Shown piece by piece: positions 44,100-56,349 of a stretch of DNA of 64,000 nt. The stretch lies in NCBI RefSeq assembly GCF_001949145.1, contig NW_019091355.1:4599374-4663373 (forward strand). Direction: 5' to 3'. A program made the translations under genes and the position numbers. The notes beneath the pieces were generated by a model. It saw only the letters and a list, made by a program, of their open reading frames with translations. It had not been told where the DNA came from and ran no database searches. The DNA is from Acanthaster planci (lineage: Eukaryota). Each line of letters starts with the position of its first letter. The first letter of the stretch is position 1.

Positions 44100-44799
44100 T
44101 CATTTTTCATGTGCAGCGTCACCCAGCATCCTTACTTCGAAACGTCAATATGTTGGATGACGGGAGGCCAACTTTCAGATAGCTACTGACTTAATGTTCT
44201 ACGGCAGTTTGGCATCGTGGCAAATTTTTAAACCTAAAAATAAAGAGCAAAGGGCATAGTGTCACTGAAAACTGTATACTTTCAACTAAGTAAATGAAGG
44301 CTACAATCATGCGCATAACCATGTGCAATCAACGACAGAAATCCGTCGCCAAATTTGCAAGACTCCGTGGCAGGAATATTCTGTGTGCGGTGGCGGATAT
44401 GTTAGAGTGTAACTTATAGCAGTTTGTAGGGCATAACTTGAGGGAGAAGGTTTAATTCTTCACTTTAATGAAGGCATACACACTTTTAATACAGAAATAA
44501 ATCTGCACATTTACATTTTTTTCATAGGGGGTGTCAGAGGTGTGTTTTGACAGCATTATAGAAATTCTTTTCCATCAGGAGTTGGAAAAATATCAACCTG
44601 TCGTCCCACTAGTCCCTGAGAGCTAGTTCTGTAAACAGTGAGTGATTTTCCCGTGTGCGCGCGGTAAAAACGTGGAGGAAGGATTTTGATCCACATCGGC
44701 AAGGTGAGCAAACTCCCGTCGTTCCTTTGGAAGAAATTCTTGATTTCATTATCGTTATTACATTTTAATTAACTTATCTGTGTAAAGATGTCACGTTAT

Positions 44800-45272
44800 C
44801 ATGGGCGTAAGTCCTGAGGGGATCATGGGGTATATGTCACCTCCACATTTTGGACCAGGGGGTGGGCTATTGAATCACCCCCCACGATTTTCTGTGAGAA
44901 AACGGTTTTTTAGGGCCGATCGTGAATTTTTTTTCGGACTTCCTATAACAGCCAGATATATTCAATAGCACTCAAAAAGGTACGACTATCAAAAAAGCCA
45001 TAATATGCCGCTCTGACGTACTACTCTGTAGGAATGTAATACGCATAACAGATGTGCATCTGAATCATGAACATCGCCCCTATACAGACTCATAATTATG
45101 GTGCACCCCCCCAGTCTATGTGATAGGTGCGCGATCGTACATGCGGCGAGGTGATACTCACACTACCCTGTCCCCTCCCACTTTTCAAATTTCCATGGCC
45201 GGGCAAGTTATCTCTCCAGAATTCCACATCCGCCACCCACAACTTTCCGGCACAATTAAATTCACGCCACTG
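44800..45272. mobile_element. Degenerate non-autonomous DNA element (CATGGGCGTA ... TCACGCCACTG ends), related ends at 30481 and 61478
   Basis: Imperfect terminal inverted repeats followed by G-rich/C-rich subterminal tracts. Similar starts cagtggcgtagg (30481) and caagggtgtaaatcacgggggatggggtatata (61478). Confidence 0.4.
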
Positions 45273-45713
45273 CACGTTATAAAACTACGTTGGGCATTAT
45301 GAGATTCACAGTTTCTCTGATCGCCCCATCACACTCTGACAACCACCAGAACGACCCCGCTATCTTATAAAATTTCGTTCAAACGTTGCTAAGACGGGAT
45401 GAAACATGGTTCTTTCAACATCGTTACTACGTTGCCGGCACGCGTGTGAAGTTCGCATTACGTTCTCAGGACTATTAAACTGAGTTCCGACTCTGCTTAG
45501 ATGTAATCGGATCGTTCCACGATGTAAAAGACTTGGATACGATTGTACTGTGAGCTAAAAGGTCACTGTATGGTGGTAATACGTTGTTGCTGCATGCATA
45601 GCGTGTGTGGTATGCTTTTAGCGAGCCGCCGTCACGTTCCTCAGTGTTTCCTGTATGTACATTGGCTGAAACAATGCACTCCATCAGTTCTGTCTCCCAG
45701 TGGGAACGGAATG

Positions 45714-45924
45714 AGGCCCTTTTCCAATACTCGACTTGGGCTCCGTCTGAGGCTTCGTTCCCAAAACCAATACCCGATTGTGGGCATGAAGCGGCTCTCT
45801 TGCATTTCATTTGTGTTTTGTGGCACTATTAAACTAATTACTGCGCTTACAGCTTCAACGTCAGCTAGTTAAAAAACAGTTGAAGCCTGAGACGGAGCCG
45901 AAGTTGAGTACTGGAAAACGGCCT
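45714..45924. mobile_element. MITE with ~44-bp TIRs in Pitx intron 1
   Basis: aggcccttttccaatactcgacttgggctccgtctgaggcttc versus reverse complement of the right end, aggccgttttccagtactcaacttcggctccgtctcaggcttc. Confidence 0.75.
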
Positions 45925-46743
45925 ATAATTCTTCCCGATCGAGCTGCGCTTGTCCCACCAAGAACCTACTGCGATGCTGATGCGCCAAGACTACGTGTAG
46001 GCCTATGCGTCTTCAGGATAGGTTGTTATTACGCTGTCACTGTGACTGGAGGCCTCTACGACCATGTATGCTACGTAAATTTTGAGCATATGCCCCAAAA
46101 TTTTGGCACAACCTCCCCGTCCATGAAGACTATACCATGCTGCTGTCACTTCTCACTGAGTTCTTACTAAGATCTCAAAACGATTGGCTACGCTCTCCCG
46201 ATTTTTTGAGGACGTAGAACGGTCGTGTTTGAGTGCGATGGGGGATTTAGTTTTCGACGTACCCCAATAACTGGTTTGTTTCCGACCAGAGGCTGATCCA
46301 CAGAAGAGAGCTGCAAATTGGGGAGGGGATCCCCAAGAGAGTTTGCCTTCATATAAAATCAGAGGAATTGAACGAGCCAGGACTTCAAAGTGGTACACAG
46401 GCATCTAACCCTTGCCTGGGTTTAGAAACTTCTGTCGAGTTATTCTCATGGAAATAGTACTGCTGTCTATAAACTGGACATGTTACTGCTTCCGATTTCG
46501 ATTTTCGATTAATAAGAATTGAAGGGAACAGTTCGGGATTCCTGCGCAGAAGCACAACTGGCGGAGTGATTTAACTTATTCGAAAACTCCAGTACGCATA
46601 ACACAATCAGGGTAACCCACGTCATTCTTTGAATGACATTTAGAATAATTATGCCAAATGTGCGAGATTTTTACATTTTAAATTGTTGGTTGTGCTTGTT
46701 TAGTTCTTAAATTTTTTTTGAGGGGGGGAGCATTGTTTTGGTT

Positions 46744-46795
46744 TCTCGTCTCGTCTCATCTCATCTCGTCTCATCTCGTCTCGTCTCGTCTTGTC
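46744..46795. repeat. (TCTCR)n pentanucleotide microsatellite
   Basis: tctcgtctcgtctcatctcatctcg... Confidence 0.9.
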
Positions 46796-49178
46796 CCTTT
46801 TGTCCTTTCCTTTATGGCAGATCCACCAGTGAATACATTTCATTTTGAAACTCTTCTTTGTTTTGAATCTTTGCTACTGTAGACGTAAGTCAAAAATGAC
46901 CGGGATGAAAATTTGCTTCTATAGTCAGGACTCTGGCAAATCATTACTATGCAATGAGATACCTTTGAATGTACTTCGCTACGGGGGATACTATGCGACT
47001 GCTTAATTCTGCTGAAGAAGTCCCCCTTTCCAATAAATCTGAGCCAATATTGACCGTACAACCCAACGGGATTAAAAACAATCTCGGCTGGTTAAACATA
47101 TGTACATTTTGAACACCCTAAAACATCGCGTTGCTTTTCATGCATATACATTGGTGAAACAGCGCATTTTGAGTTGGGTCCTACCTTTCTAGGGGAATGA
47201 ATCTTTCATTGATGAAGTTCGCTCTCCTTAAGATCGGTGAATTTTTATCCAAGGTTTATCCTCCAGCGAAACGGCAAAACAAACATTCGTGAGCAAACGG
47301 CTAAGTCCATTTCCCGGTCTCGGCGCAGTATTTATACCCAAAGTCCTCTCCTGCATAACTTTGCAATTTGATGTGGCATTTAGCTTTGCGGTTGTCGCTC
47401 AAAAAAAAAAAAAAGAAACAGACAAAACTCGAATGGCATTCGGTGAAATGCCGGGCCCCGTGTAAAAATGTGCTGAAACGTCCCCCGGTCAGTGGAAGTC
47501 CACAACTGCTTTCAATTCGGCGGGAGCAAGTTGTGGGGTTTCTTTGACTATTACCCTTGATGCATTTGTGAGAAGTGAGGCTGTAAGTATTTCATGGGGT
47601 TTTGCAGACAGTTGGCAGGAAATGAAAGAGTCTCAACAGATTCTTATACTTTTTTGAGGGGTTGTGCCCCCCCCTCCATTGTCACAAGTATAAGTGTTTA
47701 AAGAGCTAGTTTTCAACGCTAAATGTTTCAGAAAGATAAAACCCCCATCTCGGTGACAATCGAAAGCAAGCATCCTCGTTTATTTTAGTATGTATTCCTC
47801 ATAACTTGAAAGAGGAATTATTTTGATTTAAACCGTCACCGAATGTCCAGAAAAACAACACTATTTACTCAAACCCCGACGTTATGCCCCCCATCAACTT
47901 GACACGACGCTCGAGTAAGGCAAAAATATCTGGAAAACAAAACTTCACACTCTTCTTAAGCTTCAGATAAATACTGCAAGCCCCATTACTGATCAGCCTC
48001 ACGTTGGTTGTTTTTTAATTCCAGCTCAAAACCGTCCCACGGGAAGGTGCGCTAGTCCACTGGGCCTTATGCATGTTAGAACTTTGATCCAAGTTACCAT
48101 GGTGACAAATTGAAAAGTGAGCCCACGTTTCTTAAGTTTGCAGGCCGTACATCATCTTAAAGAGGAAGGGAAATTTTGACAATCACGCCAGGGAAGATTT
48201 CGAGTCTTTATTGGCTCAACACGACTCTTATTTAATTAAGAAGTCTCTTTGTTATTTTTATCATTTTTGTTTGAACTGATCTTGCTATTGTCAACTGGAT
48301 GCCAACTGCGCGTGCGCGCAACCAAAATTCTCGCAGTTTTTATTTTAAAAAATCAAATAGTCCAATTATTTTCATTAAACCTTTATACTTACTTGATATT
48401 GACCTGGGTACACTTTCGAGACATTAGGGAACGATAGACAGGGCGAAATATCTTCAACGTTTTAAGTACATTGCCAACCAAAACCGTGCTAAGAAGTAAG
48501 CCATTAGGCTGGAATTTTCGTTTAACTTTATAATAACTGCATTGGAGGCATTCAAGCCAGCAATGTACTTTAAAACGCTGTAATGACTAGGATGATGTTA
48601 TATATGTTAAACTGACAGACACACTTGTAGAAATATCCATTACCTGTTTTTCAGTTAGTTACTTCATTACTATTTGTAGTGAACTTGTTTTGCCAAAAAC
48701 GCATGCGTAATTACACAAGGTAATGCACAAAATTACACACTCCATTCTTGATTAACACGGCCCGCAGTCAACGAAAGTGAAGCATTCATAGAGAACCTTT
48801 CTGAGTAGTCGCCTTAACCTCCCCGATCGTTAAGCAGCAAAATAAGACTGAACAAACGCAGACCGTTATTTGTTCAATGACAGGAGGGAAAATGCGACAA
48901 GGTGGAAGTATTTCAGTACTTAAGGATGTCTACACATACATGGAGGCGAGGAACCGTTAAGAGCATGACATTTCTCTGTGGTCATCTTTGGCAAAGAAGA
49001 TTATAGTGCATGTGTTAAATACATGTAATACTTTTCAATTTTTACTGACACGAAAACAATCAAGATTGTAATAAGCTTCTCAAATTAACAATGCCTATTT
49101 TAAATAGTAGACAGACTAAATATTGCATGATGGCTCTTAATCAAGTTAACTAGCAATACTGTTTACAGAGTTAAATAC

Positions 49179-49404
49179 CTCGTGTCGATCTTTCTCGGCT
49201 ACCGGCATTAACCCTGTTACTCCATGCCGACCCATGGGATCCTTCGGCGCTCGAGACTCCATGACGGGAGAGGTGGTTTCCGCTACCTCCGTCGCCGCTC
49301 ACAACCTTTTCCACCACGCCACGAGGTAGTCTGCCCGCCGTCCTGAGCGCATCCGTCCCGGCGTATGTCTCCAGTGCTGACAGCGGAGCGCTTAAAATCT
49401 CCAT
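49179..49404 (-). CDS. Pitx: Pitx homeobox gene, first coding exon (MEILSAPLSALETYAG...RERSTR)
   Basis: ATG-initiated GC-rich ORF. It ends CGA G|GTATTT (phase-1 donor at 49178), which joins in frame (G+CG = Ala) to the phase-1 acceptor of the homeobox exon at 44050. Assignment rests on phase compatibility and position, not on recognisable homology. Confidence 0.7.
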
Positions 49405-50473
49405 GGTATCTCGAGGAAAAAGCTCCAGTATCTAGATGATCAGGCTAGATTAAGGTGACTCTAGACCACCAGCTTCGCCCGGCTTAGCTTGCACTCAACG
49501 GAGGAGGGAAGCTTCTGTGCGAAAGCTGAGGGATAAGACCACAATCGTGGGCCGAGGCTCAACTCTTAAACCCCCCACTAGCCCGACAAGCCAGCACGGT
49601 ACAAGTCCAAACAGTCGAACTTGCGTTTGTAAATTGGGTTCTTCTCTCGCGTCACGCACGTGTGTGTATGCACGGTCAGGTCATTGCATTAAGCTAGCAA
49701 ATTTTTCTCTTCGTATTCTCACCTGAAAAAAACTCTGCCCTTCGAACAAAGACCACCTGAATATTGTCAAAGAAGAGGTTTTTTAATGCGAAGGTGAACG
49801 ACAGAATATGCCAGTCTCCTTTTTGTCGCTTGATTTGAATTTGACATGTACAAGCCAAGTAGACAATTCTAAACTTTCAATCGGCGCCCATATTTCTTTT
49901 CCGCTCGCAGCAAATGTCACGTTCAGTCTGTTGGCTGAGGGCCAGATTACGCATGCGCACGTTGAAGCCTAGAGTCCCTTTTCAGGATATGAGCATGCGC
50001 ACAAGGTCTAGTCGCTTGCACTTTTAAAATGGGCCAGTGACGGCTTGCAATGCCTTACAACTGACTGAAGGAAACTTGCAATTCAGACCCAAAAATAACA
50101 CACTGAAAGTGAAGTGTTTCCCAAGATATTGGCTGTGTCAAGGATCACAACTGAACGTGCAACCTACAGGGCGCATGTGTGCGGCAAATTATACCACAGT
50201 ACTCCATTCTTCGCTGTGTCTGGATTCCATGCTATGATTATTTCGGTATGAGACTTAAAAAGATGGCCATTATTGCATCACAAAATTCTTATTGTACACT
50301 GCAATTAAAATCGGAACTCAAAAGTTCTAAAATATTTCTGCCATCGATTTGTTCACGCGTCTTGTGTGTCCATGTTTTCTTCTGCATTACAAAAAAAGAG
50401 AGATTAAATAAATCATCGAAACAAAATTAAATTAATGTAAACTGTCCACCCTGATTGTTATTTAAGGATTCAG

Positions 50474-50615
50474 AAATTACATTTTTAAGAAGCTGACGAG
50501 TTGATTTGGTTAGTCCAAACTGAAAAGACAAGCAGCAATTATCTTCATGAAAGCTTGCTCGGTGAAAATAAGGCGACAGGAGGGCGCCATTTCAGTTTGA
50601 CCGTTCATCGATCAT
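50474..50615 (+). repeat. 142-bp segment duplicated at 51872-52013
   Basis: Ungapped direct match by eye from aaattac...aagaagctgacgagttgatttggttagtccaaactg through ccgttcatcgatcat. Confidence 0.9.
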
Positions 50616-51819
50616 CCTCCTGTTTGTAAAAAATGAAATGAAATCAACAGGGGGCGCTATGTATTGATATGCGACTGCGCTAATTAATGCAGTTTGCATG
50701 TCCTCTATTAATTTGAGGGCTTTGCAGTCTATGTATTGGAGGGTTTGTTAATTAAAAAAGTTTAGCTTTGAACAGGGCTGTGAGCTGGTATTCTTCAGGA
50801 ATTTGGATGAAATTGGAATCTGAATCTGGCCTATTTTGCAATGAAGTGAAGAGCTACGCATAGCTGTGTTTCTCCGAACTGCCTTAGGGATACTTTAAAT
50901 GTGATCACCGTTGCTGGTAAATTACACCCATTAGTGATCGAATTACCTCCCCTTAAATTAGAAACAAAAGGCAAGGCTGAACAGCGATACTTTCTAATGC
51001 AGCGTGAGCTTGTCACGTGCCCATCATTAAATAATAACATCAACGTGCCTCTGTTTCAAATTCCTTTTTTTTCTGAATGAAAACCTTTTTATCACTTTCC
51101 GAAATGCGTAGAAAACGTTTTGGGTATTGCTTAATCAATGATGGCAACTCTGAGATAGTCTTAGCAGACCAGTCGTTTGTGTAAAATCTCTAGCAAAATG
51201 AGCCTTCGCAAATGCAGAGACTGCGAAATTGATAACTTTCACTGAAGGAGTCATTAATTTTTTTTAGAAAGTGTAGGCCTAGTCATTTTGCTGCCGTACG
51301 GTATTCTTTGATCTTTGTGCCATCTTTTATCTCAAATAAGTGATGCTTTAAAACGGTTATTGTTTACAATTCCGTTGAAACGACAGCGAAAACCAATTTA
51401 TTGGTCATAAAATCATTGTCGCGGCCTTGAAGGATAGGCCATCGTTGTCATGATTGCCACTGTTGCCGACACGATCCGCGTTATCACGGATCAGAGTTGA
51501 ACCCACCCATTTTCAAACTTGTTAGACAAACAGAGAGGTTATCATATTACGGGAAGTGTAAATACAAACTTTGATAGCATTGCCCGAAATTAGTCCTCCT
51601 GTTATCTAAGGCCGCTTGATGAGCCCCCCGCCTCTTAAAACCTCTTGAAATGGATTTTATTGCTCGCTTTGTCAGGTCACGTTGGTGCTGAATTGATTTA
51701 ACCAAGTCGATTCACCATTTTGTAAGAAAAATTACGCGAAAGCGGAATGTAACACGAGCACACATCAATCGCTTCAAATGAGCACGTCACAGTTCGGAAA
51801 GTCTTGCAGATTGACCAGC

Positions 51820-52070
51820 TATGCCAAATTCTACGATGCAGAGGGTTTTTTTCTTAAACAACGAGCTTTTCAAATTACAATTTTAAGAAGCTGACGAGTT
51901 GATTTGGTTAGTCCAAACTGGAAACACACGCAGCAATTATCTTAATGAAAGCTTGCTCGTTGAAAATAAGGTGACATGAGGGCGCCATTTCAGTTTTACC
52001 GTTCATCGATCATATGCAAAATTTTACGATGCAGAGGTTTTTTTTTTCTTAAACAACGAGCTTTTCAAAT
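51820..52070 (+). repeat. Copy of the 142-bp segment (51872-52013) flanked by ~56-bp direct repeats (51820-51875, 52013-52070)
   Basis: tatgccaaattctacgatgcagagggtttttttcttaaacaacgagcttttcaaat occurs, near-identical, on both sides of the insert. Confidence 0.9.
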
Positions 52071-52903
52071 GTTATTTTGAAGATGTCCCAACCTTATTTA
52101 GAGATGTATCGGCCGATCAAAAAACGAGAGCACTTGGCGTGTCTGATTTATGTTGCTTCGGCTTTTTAATGACCACAGGCAGCCATGTAAGGCGCTAGCA
52201 AATAGCTTTAGGCATTCCACCTATAGATGCATGTCTTATTTCCGAACACTGTTTCCCATGGAGGCAAACTATAGTTCAGTAGAAAAGTTTAAGCATTGGG
52301 TTTTGCACGACTAGTTGTGAAACAGTGTTGTCTCTCAACTACCCGGTCTTCTTATAAAAGCGTCTCCAGTAGGTTGCTTCGTCACTAAGAAATTTGGAAT
52401 CGCGGTCAGACAGTATGTTACTCCGGCAGGTTTCATTAATAAAAGGAAAACGTGAAAAAAATCGCATCCGATCAAGTGTGTTTATTCCCCAATCGATCTA
52501 CTTTTATTAAACTGATTTCATTTCGCAAGTCTTCTAAAGCTCAACCATGTGGTTTGTTATTTTTACAAGCACGAAAACATAAAACAAAGTCGCTCTTTTT
52601 TTTTACTGCAAGGTTGTTCCGGATATATTAACAGTTGTTAATTCATCTGCGATGATATTTTAATTTAACTAATTCCTGTTGAATTTTTAATACATCTACT
52701 TACTAGTAAATGTCGTGCTCCATTCAGAAGGACATGCGCGATCCCCCCCCCGACAACTCACCATGAAACAGATGGCTTAATTACGCTATTTTGCCACAAC
52801 AGACGAAAAGGTCGGTGCACTGAACTTCAGTTTCATGTGTTTGAATCTGCAGTGCTTGGCGGTTTAAAATTTGCCGTAGGTGAGACTCCACTGGCAACTG
52901 AAG

Positions 52904-53000
52904 GACAGGGGCAAGTCTAGTTCCTTATCGAGCGGATCAGTATTATAAGGCCACTTCAAATATAAAGACCAAGCAACTCGTTTACAACTTGCCAGTGTTG
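52904..53000 (+). promoter_or_regulatory. Candidate core promoter of exon 1A (GATA site CTTATC 52924-52929, TATAAAG 52961-52967, Inr-like CCAGTG ~52992)
   Basis: TATA about 33 nt before an Inr-like motif and about 180 nt before the ATG. Block is homologous to the 1B upstream region. Confidence 0.5.
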
Positions 53001-53138
53001 GTTATGGGTCAGTGCCACTCAGCGGCACAAGCGGATCGACTCGCGTGCAGTAGATGACTGGTTGAAAACCAATACACAGACTGATGCTTACATTTCAAAT
53101 TTCATTTTGAAAAAGACGTCCATCGCGAACTCATCAAA

Positions 53139-53851
53139 ATGGGAGCTAGCGATGAACTGAAATTGAATGGCATGGAAATAGATGAAAACGGGAGCTACTC
53201 CCCGCCTGAAAAGGGTGGGGTACACTGCCGTATGAGTCAGATCGCTGCTGCCGTGGTCCTGGTTCTCGTGTTGTGTACGGCTGTTGGCCTCATGGCGGGC
53301 CTTCTCCCGCAGTGTGAAGTTCCACAGGTTGAACCCATCAAAGGCACCTCGCCGAAACCAGAGCCGCCGATGAAGACCACAAAAATGCCGCCGATGAGCA
53401 CCAAGAAACCAATGATGACCACCGACGCGCCGGCAACGACGCCCACCCCGTGCCTGGAACCCTGGTGTAACCTTAGACTGCCTTCTGCCATCTACCCGGA
53501 ACACTACAAGTTGCTGCTCTACCCAGATCTGGACACCGCTAACTTCACCGGCACGGTGGATATCGACATCGTGGTCAAGGAAGCCATCAGGTTTCCACGA
53601 CTCCACATCAAGGAGATGATCATCCACTCGTCTCAGATTAGGCCTGCGGTGGAATCCGGCTCCACACCGGCACCAGCTCTGGAGGTTGTCCGGTCTTTCG
53701 AGTATGTTCCTAATCAGTTCTACGTGATGGAGATGAAGGACGATCTGATGCCAGGGAACTACGTCTGGAGCTTGGAGTTCCAGGGATATCTGCAACCAAA
53801 CCGTGTGGGGTTCTACCTGAGCACTTACACCAATGAAAAGGGTGAAAAAAG
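53139..53851 (+). CDS. Enpep: ENPEP-like M1 aminopeptidase, variable first exon 1A (tail, TM, 45-aa stalk, start of N-terminal domain)
   Basis: Type II TM segment IAAAVVLVLVLCTAVGLMAGLL, P/T/K stalk, PWCNLRLPSAIYPEHYKL (M1 family WxxxRLP...P.HY.L motif) and GFYLSTY. Donor AAAAG|GTAAGA, phase 2. Confidence 0.9.
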
Positions 53852-53998
53852 GTAAGACCATACCGCCACCTGTATGATTAGGCCGAGGCCGAATCATAAT
53901 GGCTGTGGCTTGAGATTACATGAGACTACAGGAACTGCCTGCAGCCACTGCCGTGGACCTGTGCGTAAATTTGTAGCCGCAGCCATAGAGATCATTAA

Positions 53999-54123
53999 AG
54001 TAAAGCTAAAGGGGTTAGGCCCGTTCCTGTACATGTACGCTACGCCAAGTTTGCCCCGCATATAGTGATGATAGTAAAGCTAGAGGTGTCAGGCCCATTC
54101 TTGTACGTTACGCCAAGTTTGCC
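53999..54123 (+). repeat. Local direct duplication (~55 bp x2) in the intron after exon 1A
   Basis: agtaaagctaaaggggttaggcccgttcctgtac...tacgccaagtttgcc repeated as agtaaagctagaggtgtcaggcccattcttgtacgttacgccaagtttgcc. Confidence 0.75.
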
Positions 54124-56113
54124 TTATCGAACAGAGCGACATGATGTTCTACTATTACTCGACCATGTAACACCACTCACGAGATCACGCGTACTAAGTT
54201 GCTTCTTGCGTAATGGTGCATCACCTCTTGTTCTACTTACCTCTACGGTTTGCCTATTCATCTCTATTGTATAGACTGGATAGGATATCGCGTCCAAAAT
54301 GCATCCCGCGTATTCGTATTTTCAGGAGGGTAAATAACGAGCGTTGCGAATTTGGTTGCGTAGGCCTACACTTTCAAACGGATATTTTTCAAGAACTGGT
54401 TGAGGTTAATGTACGTCGGTCGTCACATTTCGAAGAAAAACTGAATTCTGGACAAATTTTGGAAAGACTTATGGTTGAGGTATGCACAGCAGTGAATTGC
54501 CAGAGATCAATGAATCACGTTTGGAAGAAGGAGCAGCTTTTCACATGTGAGTAGCATTTACAAAAAGTTCCTACATGCCTTGTACTCTATAATTCTTGAA
54601 TTTGTATAGTATGCCAGTCTATTTAGCTTATCAGGCTTAGTAGGCCTATATGAGTCTTCACTATGTCGAAGTTGGGACCCTCTGAAATGTTACTTATTGG
54701 CTAAAGTGGTTTCAATAACTGAATGATTAATTTGTCGTTCATTTCCCCTAGATTTCAAAAATTCCAAGAATGCAGACGCATTGAACCCAGATCGAGTGAC
54801 AGACGATGTGATATCAAGTGACAGATTCCTTCAGGGGAGAGATGAAATCAATAAGACGAGATGCAGAGACCTGGCGTTTCCGTTGAATGAAGTAACAAGC
54901 AAGGAAGGTCAAAGACAACGTAATGAATTTAAGAAAGAAACTTTGTCTAAATTATAAAATTATTTGTTCTCAGTTAACAGTGACTTTATTATGAAAGTAG
55001 TTTTTAAACATAAATCTTTGGTTAGTGAGTCAGTTTGGCTGTTCAGTTATAACTGCGCTCACTTTGTGCTCACCGAAAAGATTCTCACATTTCTGTATGT
55101 CACATGTCGGTTTTCAATCAATTTATTTAATATGTGAATGGATTTCCCTACATTTTTTTCCTGTGAGTGTGTAAACTTAAAATTAAGACTTAATTTCAGT
55201 TTTTGATGAATTTTTCAGTGTTGGCTCATCGAATCAGTACGGGAAAATAAGGTGGACAGTTTGGCATCCTAATCATTGGTAAACCTACATGTATATTGTC
55301 GGTCTTCGGGGAAATTTCAATTTTTTACACATTGAACAAATGACGAATGAAGTGACCCGTGGAAGGGAAAATATTGCCCAAGTAAGACCGTTGACAACAG
55401 CTGTGAAAAATTAATTTTAAAATAAAAATAAATGCACACATGCACAAAAAAAGGTTGATATTGTCGAGTAGGTTATTTAATAGGATAATGGTCTGGTGAT
55501 TCCGCGGAAATGATATTCTTGCATTTTCTGTTATTTTTACTTGTTTTTGCGAGGGAGGCCCACAAGAAAAGGTTGTTTCAATGTTTCCCTAATGACCCAT
55601 CTACCAGAAGGAGGCCGAATTTTACAGTCCAAATTTGGAGATGATAGCTTAGGGTCTAAATTGAAAACATACAAAGTTTGGTTCAGATCAGATCAGGGAA
55701 TATTTACTTATGTGACACTAAAGTTTGTGCACGTTCTTATGGGAATGTCTCCCAAGTGACCCATTTTTGTCAATGAAAGATTCACCAAAGCATCCACTGA
55801 CTTAGGCCTGCCTTTTTGAGGCAGGAATGGGGGGGGGTTCAGTATTGCACCAACATACACGATATTGGATACTGTTTTTAGGGAGATGATTCTACGGGTC
55901 GACGGTCTTTCCTAGTAATGCAACTGAACGTTTTCTCTGATAGATTTAAACTTTCGTTTATTGACCTGTAGATGTTACTAGCCATTCTCCGAGGCTGAAT
56001 CTTCTACAGCGTGTAAAACGCCAATGATCAACTTCGGTTTCGTCTGTGAGACATTTAAGGTATTGCATGTATTACAGGTTATTGGTGTGTATGGTTCCAT
56101 TGACAATCAAGCC

Positions 56114-56202
56114 GACAGTGACAAGTCTATACTCTTATCAGGTTAATGGGTTTTAAGGCCACTTTGGACATGGTGCCATCGTTTCCAACTTGGCCAGTGT
56201 TG
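56114..56202 (+). promoter_or_regulatory. Candidate core promoter of exon 1B, paralogous to the 1A promoter
   Basis: Shares blocks GACAG.G.CAAGTCTA...CTTATC, TAAGGCCACTT and TCGTTT.CAACTT(G)GCCAGTGTTG with 52904-53000. Confidence 0.5.
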
Positions 56203-56349
56203 CTTGCAGTAGGGAATATCCACTTGTATCCAGTGGGTGATCAGTGATAGACGTAAAAATTGATGCTGCAATTCAGCATTCCTGTTAGGAAAAATACTTA
56301 GTCGAGGTGCTCCGAAGTAGAGGTTCGGTTCTTTTACAAACGCATCAAC

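Noticed and set aside
53088..53897. 269-aa minus-strand ORF (and similar ones at 56436-56738 and 59680-59946)
   Set aside because: Antisense shadows of the GC3-rich aminopeptidase exons.
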